64,000 nt of DNA from Amoebidium appalachense. Lineage: Eukaryota; Protista; Ichthyosporea. The DNA is taken from NCBI GenBank assembly GCA_963693365.1, contig CAVNZM010000016.1, positions 7,237,029-7,301,028 on the forward strand, written 5' to 3'. Position numbers and translations under genes: made by a program. Position 1 is the stretch's first letter. Each line of letters begins with the position of its first letter. This document shows positions 1-10,640 of this stretch, in pieces. The notes under the pieces were generated by a model. That model saw only the letters and a program-made list of their open reading frames with translations. It did no database searches and had not been told where the DNA came from.

Positions 1-17
1 CCCCCTTTCTTTTTTAG

Positions 18-528
18 CACCTCCACCACAGGAAGACACCAGCATGGCACCTATGCTGCAGGAAGTGACTGTGGGGGGTGTACCGATTAAGGTCAAGTGG
101 TGTGACACGTGCAACTACTACAGAAGGCCGAGGAGCACACACTGTAGCTCCTGCAATGCATGTGTAGAGGTACCCGAAATGTTGATCATTACCATCCCTT
201 CCCCCCTTCTCCTCCCCCTCCCTCCCCCCCCCCCTCCCCCTCCCTCCCCCTCCCCCCCCCACACAACACACACACATACTCACACACACACACACACACA
301 CCACCCCAAACAAACACTCAAGCACATGCGCACACGCAGGCACGCGCACACACGAATGCACACGCGCACGCATACGCACACTCACACGCACACACACACG
401 CACACAGAACTTTTCACTGAATTCCGTGTCGGATTACCTCCCTCCCCTTCTAAAAAAATTAAAAACAACCAACCAACCAAAACACTTTTTTTTTTAAAAA
501 AAAAAATGAGGTGACCCTATCAGAGTGC

Positions 529-568
<40 letters not shown>

Positions 569-1197
569 CCCACCCACCCACCCCACCCGAAATGAAACTG
601 GGTTCACCCAAGTCTCTTCTTCCATATCCCAGCTCTCTCTTACACGTGCCGCCGCACTCCTTTCCCCGCAACCACACCCCCTTTTACTGTTTTACTATTC
701 CCCACAGCCCCATTCACTTGTCCCCACACCCGCGTTTACGTTTTTACATGCACCCACTCCCCCTCACACGTTAATCCCCCCCAGAATTTCGATCACCACT
801 GTCCATGGGTGGGCAACTGTGTTGGCCGTCGCAACTACCCCTCCTTCTTTGCCTTCATCTCTAGCCTGTCTCTCTACATCGCACTGGTGCTGGCATTTGT
901 CATCTGCAAGATTGTCAAAAAGTATGTGGTGTGCATTTCATCGGTCTGTTCTGGTGTTAGAAAGTATGCGGTGTGCATTCCATCGGTCTATTGGTGTTAT
1001 AAAAAGTATGTGGTGTGCATTCCATCGGTCTATTCTGGTGTTAGGAAGGATGTGGTGTGCATTCCATCTGTCTATTTGGGTGTTAAAAGTATGTGGTGTG
1101 CATTGCATGGGTCTTTTGTTGTGTCCAAATCTTGGTACTTCTCATGGACACATGTGCCTCTAGACTTTACCTTCCTGCTTAATGGGGCGTTATCCCT

Positions 1198-1244
<47 letters not shown>

Positions 1245-1752
1245 CCCCCTCCCTCCCCTCCTTCTTTCCCCACATCCACACCCACACAAAGAGAAGGCGG
1301 GGGGGGGGGGGGGGGGGGGGTATGGAGAAGAGGCTGTTATCACTTTCCTGCTAGTGCAGCAATGAGACGTGCCTGTCCATGACGTTTGCACTTTCATGTT
1401 TTTGCTTCATCCCTCCTCCTTGCCTTGCGTACTGCTGTAACACCCCCCCCTCCTCCCCCCCTCCCGCCCTCCACTTTTTTCGCCTCTGATCAAGACGGGT
1501 AACCCGCACGTGTTCAAGTTAAGTTGTATCTGAGTCGGGTTCGTCGACGAGGTGAATGGGTCGAAACTGGGGTACTGTGGATGACTTGGGCCCCCCATGA
1601 GGATGGGCTCTGCGTATCATGCATACGCTTTTGTGTGTAGTTTGCACCCTGCCTTATGTTATAATATGTACTTCGTACTTTATAACAACTTCTAACCCTC
1701 TCCCCCCCCCCCCCCCCCCCCTCCCCCCTTGCCCCACGACCACCACCGTCAC

Positions 1753-1806
<54 letters not shown>

Positions 1807-1855
1807 ACGCACACGCACACGCACACGCACACGCACACGCACACGCACACGCACG

Positions 1856-1913
<58 letters not shown>

Positions 1914-1940
1914 CACACGCACACGCACACACGCACGCAC

Positions 1941-2027
<87 letters not shown>

Positions 2028-2100
2028 TTCAGAATGAGCACCAGACCACCGAGCAGCTTTTCAAAGACCAGTGGCCTGAATATCCTCTCACATTCCTGTT

Positions 2101-2167
<67 letters not shown>

Positions 2168-2604
2168 ATTCATTCTTTCTCCATGATACATTTCCAAGCT
2201 CGGATTGCCCCTCTCCACCCCACACATATCTATTATTTTTTTCTCTTCCCTTTCTTTCTCCAAACATATACGGAGTATTGCAGACACGTGCACCACCTGT
2301 GCACCCATTAGCACGTGCTGTCGCACGTGCATGCAAACTTGCTCACACACCCATTCAGCTACCGTTGGTTGTCTTTGTACCCCCCTCCCCCTCCTCCCAT
2401 CCGCCCCCCTTCCCCCTCTTCCCTCCCCCCTCCCCCCCCCCCCCTCTCTTCCCCCCCCCCCCTCCCCCTCCCCCCCCCCCCCCCCCCCCCCCCCCCCAAA
2501 GGTACCCCATTGCGCAAACAGTTATCACCCGTCTGTCTCGCAAGGAAATCACAGTGTTTGATCTTTTATTTCCTCTGAGCCTTTCACACTATGTTCTGCA
2601 CCCT

Positions 2605-2643
<39 letters not shown>

Positions 2644-3009
2644 AGTGCATCTCTTCTTATGTTTGGTGCCTTATCATGTGCCTTCCTTAACCACCTCCTT
2701 ACCATGGTTGTTGGTGCCGTGTGTGCACTCACCCTCCTTCCTGTGAGTGGTCTCACCTACTTCCACATGCGTCTGATTCGTTCAAACAAGACCACAAACG
2801 AGGCTGTACGTAATCTCCCCCCCCCCCCCCCCCCAAACCCTCATTTTTTGTTGCCGTTTTAGACAACACACACGTATGTGGCAACATACACACACACACT
2901 CTCACTCATACTCACACTTAGAGGCACACACACAAAACACCAGAAAAACATTGGCACACGCGCGTTTGCACACTACGCGTGCGCGCCCACATACACATAC
3001 ACATACACG

Positions 3010-3108
<99 letters not shown>

Positions 3109-5191
3109 TATGTTACACATTCCCCTCTCATATTACCTTACCCCTCAAGCTTCTTCCTTCGCTCCTATCCTGCCCTTTCAATCATTAGCCTTTTGCACAC
3201 ACAACACACATTACCCCCCCTCCCCCGTGTCTACCCTGGGCTACACCACTATCAACTGCAAACACACCGCACGACTCCCGCAGGACACCATTGCAAACAT
3301 CCTTGCACAACCCTGCCCTTGCAACGACCCGCACTATGCGCCATACATACACCCACAACACGGACACGTGCTTACATCGCGATTAGACATTCCCGGCCTG
3401 CCTGCAGACTTTGCATCGCTCATGCATTTTGGAACCAAGTTCCGAATGCAGGTCGAGCAGACGGAGGACACCACCTGTCGCAATTTATTGACACAGGCGT
3501 TGCAAAGTTTCTGTAACAGGTCATAGTTAAAATGCACAAAACACCACCCACCTTCCGTTTCATTGCCAACTCCTCTGCCGCATCACTTGAAACTCTCTCC
3601 CGCCTTCTCACTAGTGTGTTTAAGTTCGTCTCCCCTGATGTTGAACGTATGTGGTGTGATGTTGTTAAACCCCACCTGCCGCTCAACACTAGCTCTTGGA
3701 TTCTCACGGATAGCACCGCACTCACACACACAATCAACGCCCTTAACCGTACCACACGCCAACACGAAAATACGCCCGTGTCTGTGTTTGATTTTTCCAC
3801 ACTCTACACCAAGATTGACTTGCATGATTGGAAGGCTCGCCTCACTACACTGATTGACGCAATATTTGTCAAAAAATGCACGGACGCTCGCAAACCACAC
3901 ATGTTTATTAAGAAAACCGGCTCCACGTTGTCCTGGGTGGATCGTGTAGATGATGATTCCCAGGATGATTCCTTTGAGCCTAAAGAACACTCTCTGCATC
4001 TCTCTAAGGCACAGCTTGTGGATTTTCTATGTTTCCTCGTAGATAGCATATATGTTGTGTTTGGCGAAACCCTCTACAAACAGGACATTGGTATCCCCAT
4101 GGGTACAAACTGTGCTGTTTTCTTGGCTAACTTCTATCTCTTTACTTATGAGTTGGATTTTGTTCGCAAGCTTATTGCACACGACCGCATTGATGTCTTG
4201 GGAGATTTTCAGTTTACTCGCCGCTACATAGATGATTTGATCTCCCTTCATAATCCTCGCATTCTCTCCCACCTCTATTTAGAAGATTGTGATTTCGGTC
4301 TATATCCCAAGACCAGCCTTCAACTCAACCCTGCCGGTTCCTCCCCCTCTGTCTCCTACCTCGACTTGCATATCACCTGCACTAATCACGGCATTCACAC
4401 AACCATCGACAACACGCTCGACACACCCACATTCAATACACTAGACATCGTTCGTTTCCCACACCACGACTCATTCTTCTCCCGCATTGCAAAATACGGC
4501 ATCATGACAAGTCAAATGCATAGCTACCATCGCAAATGCCCCACACTTGCTGCATTCACCACATGCACTGCACGACTTGCTAAAACATTGCTTAACAATG
4601 GCTACTCGTTTAGACTCTGGCACCACAAGATGCACAGCTTTCTCGCCGCACACCCGCACATATACCGTAGCGTTCACTCCTCTCACATACTCTCCATCAT
4701 CACTAAAAAGATCAACACTCCCTAGTCCCCCACTCTATCCCGATCCCCCCCCCCCCCCCCCCCTCCCCCCCCCCCCCCCCCCCTACCAGCCCCTACTCTC
4801 CCCCCCCCCCCCCCCCTCCCTCACTCTCTCTCTCTGCTCTCTCTCTCTCTCTCTCTCCCTCCCTCTCTCTCTCCCTCCCTCCCTCTTTCTCTCTCTCTCT
4901 CTCTTTCGCTCGCTCTCTCTCTCTCTCTCTCTGTCTCTCTGTCTCCCTCTCTCTCTCTCTTTCGTTCTCTCGTTCTCTCCCTGCCTCTCTCTCTCGCTCT
5001 CCCCCCCCCCTCCCCCCCCCCCCCCCCCCCCCTCTCTCCCCCCGCTCCTTTTCCCAAACAATTCCCCCACCGTTCTTCTTTCTCAGCCGGCTAAGTTTTT
5101 TGGGTTGCCTGGTAAGTTTTGAAATGGAGCTCTCGTGTCTGATCTGTCCACCACAGGGTTTTTTTTTTTTTTTTTTTTTTTTTTAATTCTT

Positions 5192-5222
<31 letters not shown>

Positions 5223-6817
5223 TTTCCCCCTTCCTCCCTCCCCTCCCTTCGCCCTTCGCCCTTCCCCGGCCTACTCCCCCCCTTAACGAGGTGAATAGGT
5301 CGAAACTCGGGTACTGTGGATGACGTGGGCCCCCCCTGAGGATGGGCTCTGCTTATTATGCATTCTCTTCATGTATGGTTTGCATTCTGCATCGTGTTAT
5401 CCGTTTGTTCTTGTGTACTTCGTACTTTTTGACGCATTCAAACCCCCCCCCCCCCCCCCCTTCCCCCTCCTACCTTCTTTCCCCCCCTTCCCCCCCCCCC
5501 CCCCCCCCCCCCCCCCCCTGGCCAAACCCTGTATACACTCCTCTCATCAGCAGGTCTCTAACCCACTCTGCAGAACGTTTTACGCATTTCTCCCCTTGGA
5601 GAACTTGGTCGTTGGTGCGTTTTTGTCTGATATCTAACGACTCTGCAGGGTCCCTGAGACTACTGACACAACATTCCCTCCCCCCTCTTACTTCCCCCCC
5701 CCCTCCCCCCCCCTCCCCCCCTTTTCTCTCTCTCTCCCTTTTTTTTTTTTTTTTTTTTTTTTGGCGCCTGTTGTTTTGCTTGTCATTTGTTGTTCTGGTT
5801 GATTACCTGTAATCTTCGCTTATTTATGTGTGTGTGTGTGTATATGTATGTTGTGCGGGGTTGCACACACCGGTGTCTACTTTTCTTCCTACTGTTTTTC
5901 TCTCCACATACTTCATCTGTCCACTTCTGCATACCCCCTCTCATAGCTATAGACACACTTCACACATTGTTACGCGCACGCATGCACACACCGCTCTGTT
6001 GGCGACATGCGGCATGTTACCCGCCGGCGTAACATAACTCGGACTATCGATTTGGCTTTTTTCAAGCCCAAAGCAATGGGTGATGCCATATTTCCGGCTG
6101 ACATCCGGGGGCATAGCTTTCCGTTCGTAGACGTTAAAGTTCCGCCCTAGTAAGCGTGTTACTACCCTGCGGTGTGGGTCAAATCTCATATTTTCCCCTC
6201 TGATTGCGAATTCAGCGGCCTTCGGGACTTAATTCTTTTCAGCTGGTGTAGTATGTTAGCCAGGGAAGTATCGACTTAGGTAGCGACGGGGGAGCTTCCT
6301 AGAAGCCCCGTCTCCTGAGTTCCTATCTATATTTTTCTTGCTTCTGCTTACTGCTGCAACTTTAACCCCCGGCCTTTCCCACTGCCCTTGCCTGCATAAG
6401 CAACCCTGCTCGTCTCTGATCAAGACGGGTGACCTACCCATGTTCAAGTGAAACAGTATCTGAGTTGGGTTTCGTTAACGAGGTGAATAGGTCGAAACTC
6501 GGGTACTGTGGATGACGTGGCCCCCCCCTGAGGACGGGCTCTGCTTATTATGCATACTCTTTATGTATGGTTTGCATTCTGCATCGTGTTATCCGTTTTT
6601 TCTTGTGTACTTCGTACTTTTTGACGCATTCAACCCTCCCCTCCCCACCCCACCCCACCCCACCCCTTTCTCTCCCTTTGAGGCCCGCTACCGCTACACT
6701 TTGTATATCCTGGTTAGGGTTGTTTAAACAAACAGATGGTGGTGAATGGCAGGGGACAGCCGAGAATAGACGGTGCCTTTGTGGCTTTTTGTGTGTGTGT
6801 GTGCATGTGCATGTGTC

Positions 6818-6870
<53 letters not shown>

Positions 6871-8160
6871 ACGTGCATGTGTCTGCGTGCATGTGTCTGC
6901 GTGTGTGTGTGTGTGTGTGTGGCATAGGCGACGCAGGTGGTTCGTGTATTAACGGTGGTACAGAGGGCCGAAAGATCAATGCTCTTTGGCCTTTCATCAA
7001 ACATGCATTCACGAGCTCATTGCGTGTTGCCCGTCCTAACACACACAAACACAAACCAAAATAGAAAATAAAGAACCGAATAGGAAAGGAGGAAAGAGAA
7101 TGATTTTTTTTTTTGTTCATGGAAATGGTTTTGATGGAATTTTTTGAGTCCTTATGACCAAACCTATGGGTGTGCCAAAAAGTTATTTGGCAAAAAATAT
7201 GGATGGTGCTGATTTTGTTACTACCCATATTTGGGCAACGGGGCATATTTGCGGAGTCCATGAACAATACGGAAATTCATAATCGGAGATTCATCAGCGG
7301 AAGTTTATGACTTGCCCCCTGGCCGTGTTAGATCGTACCTAGTCTTTTTCCAGGAGATAATACCCCCTGTTTGAATCCATAGTCCCATTTGATTGGTTCC
7401 TAATCATGCACACACAGATCACGCACAAGGTTCGACGTGGGCAGAACCCCTACAACAAGGGGCTGTGGGGCAACATAAATGAGAGGCTGTGTGGCCCACG
7501 AACACCCAGGTATATGTCCCCCCCCCCCACCCCCTCCCCCCTCCCCCCTCCCCCTCCTCTCCGCCAAACAAACAAACAGACAGACAGACAGGGAAAACAA
7601 AAAAAAAAAGAAGAAGAAGAAGAAAAAAAACTACGACGACAACGCACACACACACTCTCTCTCACTCATCCGGCCACACTTGCACCTTTGGCCAGTGCAC
7701 CGTGATCCTGCCGAAGTTCACACTTTGATGTGTGATAATTGTGTGTGCTGCAGGATACTGCACCTGGCCGTCCTCTGCTTTTGCTAAAACTAATACGTCC
7801 ACAGAGACCCTTGTATCCATCCCCCCCTCCCTTCTCCATTGATGATGGGCTCTCAATTGTCTTCTGCCTGCTTTTTTGTTCCGGTTTATGGTTCGAGTTC
7901 AGTTTTTTGTTTTTCGTGATGTCTTATTTGTTCTATAGTGTCTCCATGTTTCCAACCCTCTTATGCATTCAACCCCCCCCCTTGCCACCCCAAAACACAC
8001 ACACACACACGTACACAAAACACACTGACACACACATGCACACACTCGTGGACGTGTGCACACGACTGCACACATACATTGCTTTCTCCCCCCTTCTTCT
8101 CTCCCATCATCCCCCCCCCCCCCCCCCCCCCCCCAACCAACCAACCAACCACAACCACCA

Positions 8161-8207
<47 letters not shown>

Positions 8208-8459
8208 ATTTTAATGTATACTCTGTGTGCACAATCTGTATTGTTGTCCGTAGTGAGTGTGTGCTTTTCGCACCCTGTGAGACTCGGACCTCCCCCCCCT
8301 TCCCCCCCCCCCCCCCCCCCCGCCCTCTCTCTGAGGATGGGCTCTGCTTCTTTGCATACTCTTTGTGTGTGTTGTGCACTCTGCATTGTGTTGTCCGCCA
8401 ACAATTTGTACTTCGTACTCTATAACTCTTTCTAACCCCTTTCTCCCCCCCTCCCCCCC

Positions 8460-8494
<35 letters not shown>

Positions 8495-8623
8495 ACCCCC
8501 ACACCCCCACCCCACACACACAGCTTCATCATTGAGCGTGACCTACACCGCAGCAACCAACACGAAGAAATTGCACTCATCCACTTCAACCCTCGCCGGC
8601 CACCACCCGAGCAGCAAGTCTAG
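18..8623 (+). CDS. DHHC-type palmitoyltransferase (ZDHHC9/14/18-5/8/Erf2-like), 5'-partial. Exons 18-169, 785-921, 2026-2079, 2703-2805, 7418-7509, 8524-8623
   Basis: Spliced translation gives [25 protein letters not shown]|[18 protein letters not shown] (DHHC cysteine-rich domain), TM segments, GLTYFH..SNKTTNE (TTxE motif) and [15 protein letters not shown] (PaCCT motif). Splice phases are consistent; stop TAG at 8621-8623. Confidence 0.93.
920..1110 (+). repeat. 42-bp minisatellite (~4.5 copies), each unit copying the exon-2 splice donor AA|GTATGT
   Basis: Unit aagtatgtggtgtgcatttcatcggtctgttctggtgttaga, repeated from 920. Confidence 0.9.
1481..1697 (+). repeat. Dispersed ~220-bp structured repeat (copy 1), probable PLE-associated terminal repeat
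   Basis: Shares ctctgatcaagacgggt...gtcgaaact..ggtactgtggatgac...gaggatgggctctgc...gtacttcgtact with the copies at 5283, 6409, 8330 and 48204. Confidence 0.8.
2080..2702 (+). other. U12-type AT-AC intron of the DHHC gene
   Basis: 5' end ATATCCTC (2080), branch site TTCCTTAAC (2683-2691), terminal AC at 2701-2702. Removal joins GA+C in frame (WPD-MVVGAVC). Confidence 0.85.
3108..4725 (+). mobile_element. Decayed Penelope-like retroelement (Naiad/Chlamys-type): linker fragment 3108-3526 plus reverse transcriptase ORF 3532-4725
   Basis: RT motifs [58 protein letters not shown] and C-terminal [15 protein letters not shown]. The upstream frame has [18 protein letters not shown], resembling the pre-RT linker of this clade. 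There is a stop and frame change between the two parts, and no GIY-YIG domain is visible. Confidence 0.85.
5283..5442 (+). repeat. Dispersed structured repeat (5'-truncated copy) downstream of the RT
   Basis: ttaacgaggtgaataggtcgaaactcgggtactgtggatgacg...tttgacgcattcaa, near-identical to 6475-6633. Confidence 0.85.
6409..6635 (+). repeat. Dispersed structured repeat (longest copy)
   Basis: Same family as 1481/5283/48204; contains several hairpins. Confidence 0.85.
7113..7267. mobile_element. Possible small MITE with 11-bp terminal inverted repeats
   Basis: ttgttcatgga (7113-7123) and tccatgaacaa (7257-7267) bound an AT-rich insert; no clear TSD. Confidence 0.35.
8330..8438 (+). repeat. Diverged 3' fragment of the same dispersed repeat
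   Basis: ctgaggatgggctctgct...gtacttcgtactctataac. Confidence 0.7.
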
Positions 8624-8709
8624 TCTCCCTGGGGTTACCTCAGAGTAGGCACCCACACACGTAGATAGACAGGCATAAATGTCACACACAGAAATGTCGG
8701 ATACAGTAA

Positions 8710-8758
<49 letters not shown>

Positions 8759-8848
8759 CAATATGGGTGGATGTGTGCGCGAACAGGTGCACGCGGACAC
8801 GCACAATAACACACTCACACACGTATGAACATAGGCGCACGCACACAC

Positions 8849-8897
<49 letters not shown>

Positions 8898-10640
8898 CAC
8901 ACACACAAACACACACTCATGCAGAGACACTAGTGCACACACTGATACCTTGGTTCTCTCTCCACACGGTACCTAAACCATGGTGCATAGTTTGCTTGCA
9001 TCGTTGCCCAACCATAATCTCCCCTCGTCAAAACAGTTCCTTGTTTACTTGGTTTTCTTGATGCAAAGCACAACACCACACACACAGCACTAATGCTCCA
9101 CGGTTTGGTGTTTCCACTCACGGCTAGACTACAAAGACCACCAAATTTAGAGTTCTCGAAAGTATATAGGAATGTGGCACTATGGCATGTATGTTATCCT
9201 TGTTCCCCCCAGTCTTCTGTATGTACGTATGATTAAAATGACAAATTCACAAATGGGTGAGTTTTGACTTTTGAGCTCTCCGAAACTCGACTTTATGTGA
9301 GCACGGTGGATTATCACAGTGCATGTGGGGCCACCAGAGGTCGGACGACGTGTGTGCTGTGTGTGTGTGCTACTGTAGGTAACAAACAGCTCTGTGCGTG
9401 TTTTCCTGGTAAAAATCGGTCAGATTATGGGTTTCATTACATATTAGATGCATTTAAAATATAGTATTATATGCAGCAATCATGTGGGTGTAAATTGGGC
9501 AAACAAAGAAGGCAACCGGGTGCGCTGGTAGTGGCTGTGGGCTGTGGGTTTTTTTTCTTTCCTGTTTGTAGGTAGGCTGAGAGTTCCTCCTTTGCTACTT
9601 CATGAACTCCCCCCCCCCTCCCCCCCCCCACCCACCCACCCCAACGTGTACGTACACACACACACACACACGTGAACACACACACACACTCACTCATACA
9701 CACACAAGCAAAAAAAACTGCACATAAAGTTAGAGCCGATCGCGAACGAGAGATTTGATACAAGTGTGTATTAAGATGGATGTGAGGGAGAGGGGGAAAG
9801 AGGTCTTCGAAGGAGAGAGATCTAGAAGAATCGGATAGTCTAAGAGATCTCGATGCACACAAGCGTGTGGGGAGAGAGCGAGAGCTAGAGCGAGAGGTCG
9901 AGGCCCTCGAAGAGACCCGGAGGGAGAGGGGGAGAGAGAGAGAGAGGAAGAAAGAGAGTGTGTGTGTGCGTGAGTGTGTGCGCTCGTGTGCGTGTGCGTG
10001 TGTGTGTGCCTGGGTGCTTGCCATGGTCGTACCGTTTTGTGCGTGTGCCTGTATGCCTGCAGGTTGTGGTAAGTTGTGAGGCCAGTGCCTCTCAGCCTGT
10101 CTTAGTGACGTGTCGGTCACGTAGCCCCAGGAACGGCAATTCGACTAAACCCACATGACCCTGTGAATGCGCTGCGAACCAATCAGATATAACATTTTTG
10201 ACATGCTAAGCCAATAGAAACAGTTACTCTGTGAAGACTACAAAATGGCGCATTCCTATTCGCTTTAAGTCATACAGTAATGTGGGCGTGGATACCCGTG
10301 CTTTTTGGTTCGAGCTGTGAGTGTGAGCCCAGCTGTCAGACAAAAACAAACATCGGCCTGCGACATGTTTTTTCCCTGTTTTTGCTGAACAGGCGTCTTC
10401 ATCTCTCAAGATTAGATAGGCTTTTTTTTTTTTTTTTATAGAGAGAGTGCTCTGTTGTAGAGAAACATCTTGCAGGGGTCACACGTATAGTCTATCTCTC
10501 ACTCGGTAGGCTACATTGTCACACCCTTCTCAAGAGGTACAACTAACATCAGTTAGGTTATGTTTCACACCGTGACTATTGAAATGCGAAGTCCACTAGC
10601 CACCCACCGATAGCCTTCTGCGTTTACATTTCACGCAACC

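Noticed and set aside
5940-6250. Short complex-sequence ORFs in the DHHC intron
   Set aside because: No recognisable motif in any frame; probably part of a repeat.
6505-6535. SECIS element (ATGA...TGAG) suggesting a selenoprotein PLE
   Set aside because: Spacing is too short for the SECIS upper stem, there is no apical AA, and the RT has no in-frame TGA.
9467-10120. Ser/Arg-rich minus-strand ORF and charged plus-strand peptide
   Set aside because: Mostly (GA)n/(GT)n-derived, with no recognisable domain or splice context.
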